Below, piece by piece: positions 1 through 9,486 of a stretch of DNA of 64,000 nt (the stretch's first letter is position 1; each line of letters begins with the position of its first letter). The notes under the pieces are model-generated. The model was not told the origin of the DNA. It searched no databases and was given only the letters and a program-made list of their open reading frames with translations. The translations under genes were made by a program, and so were the position numbers. The stretch spans positions 156,125-220,124 of the forward strand of contig CAZEVD010000001.1 of NCBI GenBank assembly GCA_964515475.1, read 5' to 3'. Source of the stretch: an uncultured Eubacteriales bacterium (GTDB lineage Bacteria; Bacillota; Clostridia; TANB77; UBA1234).

Positions 1-1
1 A

Positions 2-394
2 GTGGATGCTATTAGAAAATCTGCTTTTGATGTTATAATATTAAACTTTGCTAACTGTGATATGGTTGGTCATACAGGTATTCAAGATGCTGCAATAAAA
101 GCGGTTGAAACTGTAGATGAGTGTATCGGAAGAGTTGTTGAAGAAGTTAGAAGAGTGAACGGAACAATATTTATAACAGCTGATCACGGAAACGCTGAAC
201 AAATGGTGGATTATGAAACGGGTGATCCTCATACTGCACATACAACAAATTTAGTACCAATAGTTGCTGTTGGACTTCCTGAAGGAACAAAGTTAAAAGA
301 AGGAAGACTTGCAGATATTGCACCTACAATGCTTGAGGTTATGGGGGTTCCACAACCTGAAGAAATGACAGGTGAAAGCTTAATTGAAAAATAA
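2..394 (+). CDS. gpmI: 2,3-bisphosphoglycerate-independent phosphoglycerate mutase, C-terminal fragment (gene starts upstream of window)
   Basis: C-terminal iPGM motifs (ADHGNAEQM, metal-binding His/Asp cluster); ORF runs off left edge. Confidence 0.85.
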   Translation: MDAIRKSAFDVIILNFANCDMVGHTGIQDAAIKAVETVDECIGRVVEEVRRVNGTIFITADHGNAEQMVDYETGDPHTAHTTNLVPIVAVGLPEGTKLKEGRLADIAPTMLEVMGVPQPEEMTGESLIEK

Positions 395-443
395 ATTGAT
401 TTATAAAACGTGTTAAGTTTTTACTTAGCACGTTTTTTTTGCG

Positions 444-538
444 TCTCTTTGGGGACAGTCCTAAAAAGGACATGTAGCTGAAATTGTATGTTATAAAAAC
501 TCAAACTCCAGATGTCCTTTTAAGGACTGTCCCCCTCT
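444..538. repeat. Palindromic intergenic element copy 1: arms ggggacagtcctaaaaaggacat / atgtccttttaaggactgtcccc with ~38-nt loop; probable terminator for gpmI
   Basis: Near-perfect inverted repeat read directly; second copy at 48788-48890. Confidence 0.7.
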
Positions 539-572
539 AACCCTTCAACAATTGTTGTAAATTTACATAAAA

Positions 573-601
573 TTGACAAACTGATTATCAGGTTATATAA
601 T
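573..601 (+). promoter_or_regulatory. Sigma-A-type promoter TTGACA-17-TATAAT followed by ~160-nt leader
   Basis: ttgaca at 573-578, tataat at 596-601, 17-bp spacer. Confidence 0.5.
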
Positions 602-762
602 CTGTCTGAAAAGTATGAATTTGTGAATGAAGATGGATAATTTCGTTTTTAAGCAAGCTAATAGAAGTTATTTGTTTTGATTTCCAGATTGTATTTTCTG
701 AAGACAAACTTGGCAAAATAGGATAGAATGTTAGTAACAAAAACAAATTATGGAGGAGTGAT

Positions 763-1281
763 ATGAAATATCTAATAGTTGTAGACTATCAAAAAGATTT
801 TGTAATAGGTGCGCTAGGAAGTGAACGTGCCAAAAGGATCTTTGCTGAGATTCAAAAGAAGATTAGCGAATACAGCAATAATGGTTGGAAAGTAGTTTTC
901 ACGTATGATACTCATTACGAAAACTACATGGAAACAGCCGAAGGTCATAAACTTCCGGTAGTACATTGCGTTGAAGGTACTGACGGCTGGCAGCTTTACA
1001 TGGAAGTGGATCAAGCTGTTAACGGAGAACCTATTTATGTGAAGAAAAACACATTTGGATACACTGAGTGGAAGAGCATTATTCCTGACGCAGATGAAAT
1101 CGTAATTATTGGTGTATGCACTGATATTTGTGTGATTTCTAATGCACTTATTTTGAAAGCTCTGTTCACTGAAATCCCGATTTCTGTTGATGCAAGTTGC
1201 TGTGCTGGTACTTCTGATGAAGCTCATAATGCTGCGCTTACAACGATGAAATCTTGTCAAATTGATGTGTATGGTGAATAA
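763..1281 (+). CDS. Isochorismatase-family cysteine hydrolase (nicotinamidase-like)
   Basis: VVDYQKDF N-terminal motif, catalytic Cys in GVCTDICV; local GC clearly higher than surroundings. Confidence 0.7.
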   Translation: MKYLIVVDYQKDFVIGALGSERAKRIFAEIQKKISEYSNNGWKVVFTYDTHYENYMETAEGHKLPVVHCVEGTDGWQLYMEVDQAVNGEPIYVKKNTFGYTEWKSIIPDADEIVIIGVCTDICVISNALILKALFTEIPISVDASCCAGTSDEAHNAALTTMKSCQIDVYGE

Positions 1282-1300
1282 ACCATAATGGAGGTAAATA

Positions 1301-2203
1301 ATGAAACGGTTTTGGGAAGACACGCGTAACGGCTTAAAGATTTATAACTGCGATAATTTAGAATTGTTGCAGTCTCTTAGAAGTGATTCTATAAATCTCA
1401 TATATTGTGACATCCTCTATAATACAGGTAAGAAGTTTGATGATTACGATGACAATCTCGGTTCTCCAGAAGAAGCTGTTGAATGGTATCGGCTCCGCAT
1501 GATTGAAATGCGTAGAGTCCTTGCCGAAAATGGCAGCATATTTATTCATTGCAACTGGCGACTTGATTCGTATATTCGTATTCTGATGGATCAAATTTTT
1601 GGCGGTGATTGTTTTAGAAATCGAATTTATCGTAAACACAGTGCGGAACGCGGTTTCTACAGCAATTTCGATTCTCAAATGGATGTTATTCTCTACTACG
1701 TAAAGGATAAGGCAAATTTTGTTTTCCATGAGCTTTTGGGTGAGCGCGAAAGCATTGTACCGCTGTTCGAAAATGGTTATATCCAGGGTAGAAGCGAAGC
1801 GCGTTGTTGCAACTGTCAAATTATTAATTTAGGGGAAATGAATAAGCATTGGCTGATATCTGATAATCAGCTTATTGACATGGACCTTAAAGGTGAGGTT
1901 AGAGTAATTGACGGTTTGCCGTATCGTTTTTCGAAAGTTATTCCGGTCGGTAACCTGTGGGCTGAAGATGAGATGCTTGATGAGTATAGTCGTACGAATA
2001 CTGCTTTGGCCTATGATACGCCTAAGCCCGACGCGGTTCTCGAACGCATCATAAGAATGTGTTCCAACGAATATGATACCGTCGCAGACTTCTTTATGGG
2101 CGGAGGTACAACCGCGCATGTTGCAAAAAGGCTTAATCGAAAGTTCATCGGTTGCGACATAAGCCAAAAAGCTTGCTGCGTTACAATTTCAAAATTGAAA
2201 TAA
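1301..2203 (+). CDS. Beta-class (N6A/N4C-type) DNA methyltransferase, orphan, non-canonical motif IV (DILY instead of DPPY)
   Basis: Order motif IV (IYCDILYN) .. FRNRIY .. C-terminal motif I (DFFMGGGTT..IGCDI); no restriction gene adjacent; GC-elevated. Confidence 0.7.
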   Translation: MKRFWEDTRNGLKIYNCDNLELLQSLRSDSINLIYCDILYNTGKKFDDYDDNLGSPEEAVEWYRLRMIEMRRVLAENGSIFIHCNWRLDSYIRILMDQIFGGDCFRNRIYRKHSAERGFYSNFDSQMDVILYYVKDKANFVFHELLGERESIVPLFENGYIQGRSEARCCNCQIINLGEMNKHWLISDNQLIDMDLKGEVRVIDGLPYRFSKVIPVGNLWAEDEMLDEYSRTNTALAYDTPKPDAVLERIIRMCSNEYDTVADFFMGGGTTAHVAKRLNRKFIGCDISQKACCVTISKLK

Positions 2204-2213
2204 CAAATTTTCG

Positions 2214-2258
2214 AAGAGAGGTTAATTTATTCCAAATTAGGATAGGTTAACCTCTTTT
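2214..2258 (+). terminator. Rho-independent terminator after MTase gene
   Basis: agaggttaa..ttaacctct hairpin followed by T-run. Confidence 0.6.
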
Positions 2259-2378
2259 GTCATATAATAAAAACGTTAAAATGACGCTTGGTCTATTGAA
2301 AAAATAGGCTTTTTTTTATATAATAAGTCTTGCGAAAATTATTATTGCTTAAATAAAAATTAAGAGGAGGAATTATAA

Positions 2379-3071
2379 ATGATATACTCAAAAGAAGTTG
2401 AAAATATGTGCCCAGTGGCTAAAGGAGTTAATCATGGACCTGCACCAATACCTGAAGAAGGCAAATGGGTTAAGTCTAAAGAAATTAAAGATATTTCAGG
2501 ATTAACACATGGTATTGGTTGGTGTGCACCTCAACAAGGAGCTTGTAAATTAACATTAAACGTTAAAGAAGGAATTATTGAAGAAGCTTTGGTAGAAACA
2601 CTAGGATGTTCAGGAATGACACATTCAGCTGCTATGGCTGGTGAAATCTTAGTTGGAAAAACAATTCTTGAAGCTTTAAACACTGACTTAGTTTGTGATG
2701 CTATTAATACTGCAATGAGAGAATTATTCTTACAAATCGTATATGGTAGAACACAATCTGCATTTTCAGAGAATGGACTTCCAATTGGAGCTGGTCTTGA
2801 AGATTTAGGAAAAGGACACAGAAGCCAAGTTGGTACAATATATAGTACAAATATTAAAGGACCAAGATACTTAGAACTTGCTGAAGGTTATATTACAGAA
2901 GTTGGTCTAGATAAAGATAATGAAATCATTGGTTACAAATACGTAAACTTAGGAAAAATGATGGAAAATATTAAAAAAGGAATCGAACCTATGGAAGCTA
3001 TTGAGAAAGCTTCTGGTAAGTATGGTAGATTTGATGAAGCGGTAAAAACTATTGATCCACGTGCAGAATAA
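2379..3071 (+). CDS. NifU/IscU-like Fe-S scaffold domain protein; first gene of GGGtGRT cassette
   Basis: Segment TLNVKEGIIEEALVETLGCSGMTHSAAMAGEILVGKTILEALN parallels IscU core; conserved Cys (GWCAPQQGAC, GCSG, VCDA); strong RBS aagaggagg. Confidence 0.5.
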   Translation: MIYSKEVENMCPVAKGVNHGPAPIPEEGKWVKSKEIKDISGLTHGIGWCAPQQGACKLTLNVKEGIIEEALVETLGCSGMTHSAAMAGEILVGKTILEALNTDLVCDAINTAMRELFLQIVYGRTQSAFSENGLPIGAGLEDLGKGHRSQVGTIYSTNIKGPRYLELAEGYITEVGLDKDNEIIGYKYVNLGKMMENIKKGIEPMEAIEKASGKYGRFDEAVKTIDPRAE

Positions 3072-3108
3072 AATATATGAATAAAAATAAAAAAATAGGA
3101 GCTCAGAT

Positions 3109-3465
3109 ATGGATGAAAATATAATGTCGTTAGTCCCACAAATGTCAGTACAACCGGATAAATTTTTATTTGATTATAAAATATTGATAGTTGCAGTAGT
3201 TATATTAATTGTAGCTATTGTTGTTGCGCGCAAAAAGAAATCTTTAAAGAAAGCTATGATAAATCTTTGGGCAGCAGAAACAATTGCCACAATAATATAT
3301 GTTTACAATAGAATATATGATACATATAAATGGGGATATACATATTTTTTAGAAACAAATAATGATTTTTCGGAATTGATTTTATTTGTTTCTGAGATTC
3401 TGATTTTGTTTTTAGTATTGTTTTTCGGCGGAAAAATAATAGATAAAATTAAAGGAGGTAAATAA
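3109..3465 (+). CDS. Small membrane protein (2-3 TM), translationally coupled to next gene
   Basis: Hydrophobic segments; stop overlaps downstream start (taaATAACatg) with RBS aaaggaggt. Confidence 0.4.
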   Translation: MDENIMSLVPQMSVQPDKFLFDYKILIVAVVILIVAIVVARKKKSLKKAMINLWAAETIATIIYVYNRIYDTYKWGYTYFLETNNDFSELILFVSEILILFLVLFFGGKIIDKIKGGK

Positions 3466-3466
3466 C

Positions 3467-4465
3467 ATGGCTTTATTTGAAAGTTATGAGAGAAGAATAA
3501 ATCAAATCTTACCAGTATTAAATAAATATGGTATTAAAGATTTGGAAGAAGCTAAAAAAGTTTGTGAAGAAAAAGGAATTAATCCTTATGAAATAGTTAA
3601 AGGAATTCAACCAATCGCATTCGAAAACGCTGGTTGGGCTTATACAGTTGGTGCTGCTATAGCAATTAAACAAGGTTGTACAAAAGCTGCTGATGCTGCT
3701 AAAGCAATCGGTGAGGGATTACAATCATTCTGTATTCCTGGAAGTGTTGCTGATGACAGAAAAGTTGGTTTAGGTCATGGTAATCTTGCATCAATGTTAT
3801 TATCTGAAGAAACAAAATGTTTCGCATTCTTAGCTGGTCACGAATCATTCGCTGCTGCTGAAGGTGCTATCGGTATTGCTAAATCAGCAAACAAAGTTAG
3901 AAAAGAACCTTTAAGAGTTATTTTAAATGGTCTTGGAAAAGACGCTGCACAAGTAATTTCAAGAATCAATGGATTCACATATGTTCAAACAGAATTCGAT
4001 TTCTTCACAGGTAAAGTAAATGTAGTTATGGAAAAAGCTTATTCAGATGGAGAAAGATCAAAAGTTAGATGCTATGGTGCAAACGATGTTAGAGAAGGTG
4101 TTGCAATCATGCATTTAGAAGGTGTTGACGTTTCTATTACAGGTAACTCAACAAACCCAACAAGATTCCAACATCCAGTTGCTGGAACATACAAGAAAGA
4201 ATGTATTGAACAAGGTAAGAAATACTTCTCAGTGGCATCAGGTGGTGGAACAGGAAGAACTCTTCACCCAGATAACATGGCTGCAGGGCCAGCTTCTTAT
4301 GGTATGACAGATACTATGGGAAGAATGCATTCAGATGCACAATTTGCTGGTTCATCATCAGTTCCTGCTCATGTAGAAATGATGGGATTAATCGGAGCTG
4401 GTAACAACCCAATGGTTGGTATGACAGTTGCTGTTGCAGTTGCTATCGAGGAAGCAATGAAATAA
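3467..4465 (+). CDS. GGGtGRT-family protein
   Basis: Literal SGGGTGRTLHPDNMAAGPASYGMTD signature near C-terminus. Confidence 0.8.
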   Translation: MALFESYERRINQILPVLNKYGIKDLEEAKKVCEEKGINPYEIVKGIQPIAFENAGWAYTVGAAIAIKQGCTKAADAAKAIGEGLQSFCIPGSVADDRKVGLGHGNLASMLLSEETKCFAFLAGHESFAAAEGAIGIAKSANKVRKEPLRVILNGLGKDAAQVISRINGFTYVQTEFDFFTGKVNVVMEKAYSDGERSKVRCYGANDVREGVAIMHLEGVDVSITGNSTNPTRFQHPVAGTYKKECIEQGKKYFSVASGGGTGRTLHPDNMAAGPASYGMTDTMGRMHSDAQFAGSSSVPAHVEMMGLIGAGNNPMVGMTVAVAVAIEEAMK

Positions 4466-4486
4466 AAATATTTTAAATAAATTTTT

Positions 4487-4521
4487 CATCCGTTGATACT
4501 TTTGTCAGCGGATGTTTTTTA
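4487..4521 (+). terminator. Rho-independent terminator
   Basis: catccgttgata..tgtcagcggatg hairpin + T6. Confidence 0.65.
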
Positions 4522-4685
4522 TTGAATTTTTTTAGAAAAGAAAAACACCCAATTGCTAGTTGGGTGTTTCTTTTTGGCCTGTCGGGGTCATTCTTTCAGC
4601 TCGGAGATAAGAGCTGATCCCGACAATCCAAATCAAGTTTGTCGGGTAAAAGCGGTAGCTTTAATCAAAATTTGTTTTGGGATAG

Positions 4686-5252
4686 TTATCCGTTCCAAGG
4701 AACAAAGCCCTCGTATTTGCTCTTATCATTGAAATCGTAATGATAAATCGAGCAGTATGGGAATTTTTGCTTGTCGTATCCGAATGTACGAATGAGCATT
4801 GCGTGAGCTACAACGATGATTTTTTCAAAGTTCAAATTGTAATAACGCTGAAGGACAGCATAAGCTCTTTTGGCGACTTCGTCAGCACTCTCCCAATCGT
4901 ATTCGCAAGTGGAGTCATGCTTTCCGTTATGAGCCAAAAATTCGTGATACGCAAGTTTTCCGTAATAAGGATTAAGTGTACGAGTGTGCGTGGTGTCCTC
5001 AAGCCATTCGTGTAAGCCGGGCTCGACTACGATTCCAATACCAGTTTTACGAGAAACGATAGCTGCTGTTTGAAGAGCTCTGGTATAGGGAGAGCTGACG
5101 ATTACTCCAGCATTTTGCAAGCAAGGGTCGTTTGCAAGCAATTCGGCTTGTCCAACACCTTCTACGGTAAGTCCGCCCAAATATGACGGGATAGAATAAT
5201 CTTTCAACTTTTCGTAATTAGGTTCGCCGTGTCTAATGAACAAAACTTCCAT
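4686..5252 (-). CDS. Histidine phosphatase family protein (phosphoglycerate mutase-like / CobC-like)
   Basis: MEVLFIRHGEPNYE with RHG catalytic motif; GC-elevated gene. Confidence 0.75.
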   Translation of the reverse strand: MEVLFIRHGEPNYEKLKDYSIPSYLGGLTVEGVGQAELLANDPCLQNAGVIVSSPYTRALQTAAIVSRKTGIGIVVEPGLHEWLEDTTHTRTLNPYYGKLAYHEFLAHNGKHDSTCEYDWESADEVAKRAYAVLQRYYNLNFEKIIVVAHAMLIRTFGYDKQKFPYCSIYHYDFNDKSKYEGFVPWNG

Positions 5253-5612
5253 ATTTTTCTCCTTTCAAAAATTTTGACTTGGAATAAATTGGTTACTATA
5301 TGCATCAAATATGTTCGAGAGAGAGTATATCACCTTTTTTATAATTTGTAAATTTGACTTTAAAAGCAAAAGAGTGTATCATATGCCTGTTAAATAAATA
5401 GGGAGCTTTTATTATTTTATAAAGAACATAAATTGTTGTCGTAATATATTTGTAACATAAAATTAATACCCGTGTAATTGTAAAAAAACATCGAAAAATG
5501 TACAATAATATCAAGGATAAGTGAGTAGATTCGGGTTTCGTTTCTTCGCACAACATAATGCAAATACTAATGAGAATAGGAGGAATGAATAGTTAATTAA
5601 AAGTTAACTATT

Positions 5613-6374
5613 TTGAATACTATGGAAAATAACGAAGTTGATGTACGTTCAGTAGAATTACAAAGATATATACAAAAGCTAGAAAAACTAGAAAGGATGA
5701 TTAATCCTAATAGTAAAAAGGCAATGATTTTATGGGAAGAGGATGATTCTTTTAAAAGATTAATTTCTGATTTGAAAGAATATGCTCTTACTTGTGATAC
5801 AGAAGAATTTCCAGTTGAGTTATTAGATAAGTTGAATGCTTTAAATTTAGATGCTGCAAGTCAAATAACTTTAAGTGCTTCTAAAATAGATGAATTAAAA
5901 GCTCAAATTAAAGAAAATAAAGAATTAAGTAATGTATTATCTGATGTATATATGGCAGCAACAGCAGCAAAATCTCTTGATTCTTATGCTGAAACTCTTG
6001 AAAAAGATGCTTTATCTTCAATGAAAGAGTATCTTCAAACGATTGCAACAACAGCTTCTGATTCAGAAGAATATGTTCAAGCAGAGAAGACTGTTAAAGC
6101 TAAAATAAATAATTTAGAAAACAGTGTTCATGTAACTACTGATTTAGAAAGAGTTACAAGCAAAGTCGGAGCTTTGGAATATATTAAAACGGAACTTGCT
6201 CCTGCAATAGAGAGATTACAAGCAGAGTATGATGCTAAGTATGTAATTGTTGATGCTGCGGAAGAGGCTGAAATGGCGTTAGCTATTAGAAAGACATTAA
6301 AAGAGAAAATGTACGACGCTATTGTTAAACCTATTACATCATTGTTTAAGAGAAAAACAAAAATTAAAAACTAA
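5613..6374 (+). CDS. Hypothetical coiled-coil protein
   Basis: 253-aa ORF, charged heptad-like sequence, no recognised domain. Confidence 0.4.
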   Translation: MNTMENNEVDVRSVELQRYIQKLEKLERMINPNSKKAMILWEEDDSFKRLISDLKEYALTCDTEEFPVELLDKLNALNLDAASQITLSASKIDELKAQIKENKELSNVLSDVYMAATAAKSLDSYAETLEKDALSSMKEYLQTIATTASDSEEYVQAEKTVKAKINNLENSVHVTTDLERVTSKVGALEYIKTELAPAIERLQAEYDAKYVIVDAAEEAEMALAIRKTLKEKMYDAIVKPITSLFKRKTKIKN

Positions 6375-6493
6375 ATTATGAATTATTAAGATGCCAGTTT
6401 TGTACATTACCCACTGTACAGGACTGGCATCGCTTTGTTTTATGACAAAACTATTATATGTAAATTTATTATTTTTATAAGGAAAAGAAATAT

Positions 6494-8860
6494 ATGAATT
6501 CAAAAAGTTTAAAAATGTTAGAGTATCAAAAAGTAATTGCTATGCTTAAAAAATATGCAGTTACAGAAATGGGATTAAAAAAATGTGAAAATTTAATTCC
6601 TGAAAATGAATTTAATATTGTAACACGTATGCAAAAAGAAACGTCTGAAGCGGTTTCTGTTTCTTTAAGAATAGGTAATCCGCCATTAATTCCTATTGCT
6701 GAGTTTGAATCAGTTATAAAGAAAATAAAAATAGGAGGAGTGTTAATACCAAAAGAACTTCTTAATACGGCGACGATATTAAAAAGTATGCGAGAAGTTA
6801 AAGAATTTTATAATGAGATTTCACATGAAGAATATGAGATTTTAAATTTATATTTTGAAAACTTATATTCTAATTTGAATGTTGAAAGAGAAATTTTTAG
6901 ATGTATAAAAAATGAAGAAGAATTAGACGATCATGCAAGTCCAGAATTATATAATATAAGAAGACACATTCAAGATGCAGAAAGTAAGATAAAAGAAAAA
7001 TTGAGTAATATTCTTCATGATTCTGAAACTGCAAAATATCTTCAAGATCAGGTCATAACATTTAGAAATGATAGATATGTTATTCCTGTTAAACAAGAAT
7101 ACAAAAATGAAGTTAAAGGTTTGATCCATGATTCTTCTGCATCTGGTAGTACTATATTTATTGAACCATCTATTATTTTCAATATTAATAATGAAATTAA
7201 AGAGTTAAAAATAAAGGAAGAGTTAGAAATTCAAAGAATACTTGCCTTGCTAACACAAATGATTGATCCGATTTATGAAGATATAGAACATGGAATCTTA
7301 AATTTAACTAATATAGATTTTGCGTTTGCAAAAGCCAAGTTATCTTTAGAACTTGAATGCTTTGAACCAAAATTAAATGAAATTGGATATATTAATTTAA
7401 AAAGAGCAAGACATCCATTAATTGATAAAAATGAAGTTGTACCTATAGATGTTTGGCTTGGAAAAGATTATAAGTCTTTAATAATAACTGGACCAAATAC
7501 AGGTGGCAAAACGGTTACTTTAAAAACTGTAGGCTTATTTGCTCTTATGGCTCAAAGTGGACTTCATTTGCCAACGAGTGAAAACTCAGAACTTACTGTT
7601 TTTGAAAATATATATGCAGATATTGGAGATGAACAAAGTATTGAACAATCTTTAAGTACATTCTCATCTCATATGAAAAATGTAATTGAAATAACAAAAA
7701 ATGTTACTAATAAAGATTTAGTTTTATTAGATGAGTTAGGATCGGGAACAGATCCTGTCGAAGGTGCGGCTTTGGCAATGTCAATATTAGAATATTTAAA
7801 AGAAATTTCTTGCTTGACAATGGCTACAACACATTATAGTGAGTTAAAGACATATGCTATGAATACAGAAAATGTTGAAAATGCATCTTGTGAATTTGAT
7901 GTAGAAACATTAAGACCAACATATAAATTGTTGATTGGAATTCCGGGTAGAAGTAATGCTTTTGCTATTTCTAAAAAACTAGGATTATCTGATACTATTT
8001 TAGAAAATGCAAACTCGTTTTTGACAAAAGAATCAATTAAATTTGAAGAAATTTTATCTAAAATGGAAAAAGATAGAATAACAGCTGAAAGAGAAAAAGA
8101 ATATGCGGCTAAACTTTTAAAAGAAGTTGAAGAAGAAAAAGCAAAAGTGGAAAAGGAATCTAAAAAGTTAGAAACGAAAAAAGATGAAATTATACAAAAA
8201 GCAAGAATTGAAGCAAGAGAAGTTTTGTTAGATGCAAAAGCAGAAGCAGATGAAATTATAAAAGATTTAACAAACTTAAGAAAAGATAAAACTAAAAATG
8301 TAAATAAGGCTGCTGAAGAAGCAAGACAAAAAATAAAAGGAAGTATTTCGGAAATACAAAAAGATTTAGCAAAACCACAAAAACAATCTAAGAATACTAT
8401 TAATCCAAAAGAAATAAAAGTTGGAATGACTGTATATGTTGCGTCAATTGATGCAAATGCAACGATTATTTCTTTACCAGATAGAAAAGATAATGTGCAA
8501 ATTCAATCTGGAATAATGAAGCTAAGTGTTCATGTTTCTGGAATAGAAAAAATTCCAGAAGAAAAATCTGCGCCAAAAGTAAAAATTAATTCAATGATAA
8601 AAAGTAAAGCTAAAGATATAGAAACAGAAATAAAACTTTTAGGGTTAACTGTTACTGAAGCGATTGCAGAATTAGAAAAATATCTAGATGATGCATATCT
8701 TGCGGGATTAAAAGCTGTAAGAGTTGTTCACGGAAAAGGTAGTGGACAATTAAGGAAAGGTGTACAAGATTATTTAAGAAAAAATCCACATGTAAGTTCT
8801 TTTAGACTTGGAATGTATGGAGAAGGCGATAGTGGAGTAACAATAGTTGAATTAAAATAA
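6494..8860 (+). CDS. mutS2: Endonuclease MutS2 (MutS ATPase + C-terminal Smr domain)
   Basis: Walker A GPNTGGKT, C-terminal Smr (LLGLTVTEA..VVHGKGSGQLRK). Confidence 0.9.
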   Translation: MNSKSLKMLEYQKVIAMLKKYAVTEMGLKKCENLIPENEFNIVTRMQKETSEAVSVSLRIGNPPLIPIAEFESVIKKIKIGGVLIPKELLNTATILKSMREVKEFYNEISHEEYEILNLYFENLYSNLNVEREIFRCIKNEEELDDHASPELYNIRRHIQDAESKIKEKLSNILHDSETAKYLQDQVITFRNDRYVIPVKQEYKNEVKGLIHDSSASGSTIFIEPSIIFNINNEIKELKIKEELEIQRILALLTQMIDPIYEDIEHGILNLTNIDFAFAKAKLSLELECFEPKLNEIGYINLKRARHPLIDKNEVVPIDVWLGKDYKSLIITGPNTGGKTVTLKTVGLFALMAQSGLHLPTSENSELTVFENIYADIGDEQSIEQSLSTFSSHMKNVIEITKNVTNKDLVLLDELGSGTDPVEGAALAMSILEYLKEISCLTMATTHYSELKTYAMNTENVENASCEFDVETLRPTYKLLIGIPGRSNAFAISKKLGLSDTILENANSFLTKESIKFEEILSKMEKDRITAEREKEYAAKLLKEVEEEKAKVEKESKKLETKKDEIIQKARIEAREVLLDAKAEADEIIKDLTNLRKDKTKNVNKAAEEARQKIKGSISEIQKDLAKPQKQSKNTINPKEIKVGMTVYVASIDANATIISLPDRKDNVQIQSGIMKLSVHVSGIEKIPEEKSAPKVKINSMIKSKAKDIETEIKLLGLTVTEAIAELEKYLDDAYLAGLKAVRVVHGKGSGQLRKGVQDYLRKNPHVSSFRLGMYGEGDSGVTIVELK

Positions 8861-8871
8861 TAAATAAAAAG

Positions 8872-8925
8872 CCCCGTAAGGATCGGCATTATATCTTGAC
8901 CGAGATACGGGGTTTTGTGTATTTT
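8872..8925 (+). terminator. Rho-independent terminator after mutS2
   Basis: ccccgtaagg..tacgggg hairpin + T-run. Confidence 0.7.
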
Positions 8926-8942
8926 GTAGGCATTAATTTTTA

Positions 8943-9299
8943 ATTTTAGGTTTTGAAAATAAAGCTGCTATAAATCCAAATAAGATTGCTGCAGAAATTC
9001 CAGCAGCCGTTGCTTTTATTCCTCCTGTAAATATTCCAATAAAGCCATTTTCATCTATAGCATCCATTGTTCCTTTTGCTAAGGAATATCCAAAGCCAGT
9101 AAGAGGTACTGTGGCGCCAGCACCGGCTAATTCTACAATTTTGGGATATATTCCGTAGTCCAGTAAGTATTGCTCCTAAAGTTACGAATAATACTAGGAT
9201 TCTAGCTGAAGTAAGTTTTGTTTTATCTATTAAAATTTGCCCAATCATGCATATTAGACCACCAATTAAAAAAGCCCATAAATATTGTTTTGTATCCAT
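8943..9299 (-). pseudogene. spoVAEB: Stage V sporulation protein AEB/AC-family gene with internal 1-bp frameshift (N-part frame 9051-9299, C-part in +1 frame to stop near 8943)
   Basis: N-term MDTKQYLWAFLIGGLICMIGQILID matches SpoVAEB. After the shift near 9165, the other frame reads YGIYPKIVELAGAGATVPLTGFGYSLAKG..GISAAILFGFIAALFSKPKIKN. Confidence 0.6.
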
Positions 9300-9399
9300 T
9301 TTTTCGGCAATTTAAGCCTAGTCTCCTTTCAAATTGTTCTAATATTTATAATTTCCTTAATTTCAAAAAAATATGTTTTTTTATTAAAAAATGTACTAA

Positions 9400-9428
9400 T
9401 TGACGATGATTTTGGTGTGTGATATAAT
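9400..9428 (+). promoter_or_regulatory. Sigma-A promoter TTGACG-17-(TG)TATAAT
   Basis: ttgacg 9400-9405, tgatataat 9420-9428. Confidence 0.55.
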
Positions 9429-9486
9429 TTGCCCGGCAAATACCAATTATACAAATACTTACCACTTATTAAGGAGGTGCAAAGAA

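Noticed and set aside
814-1323. Long antisense ORFs within coding genes (e.g. 814-1323-, 1358-1819-, 22424-22984-, 25964-26533-, 45479-46093-, 47579-47974-)
   Set aside because: Lie entirely antisense to well-supported genes, lack RBSs, and are typical AT-rich-genome artefacts.
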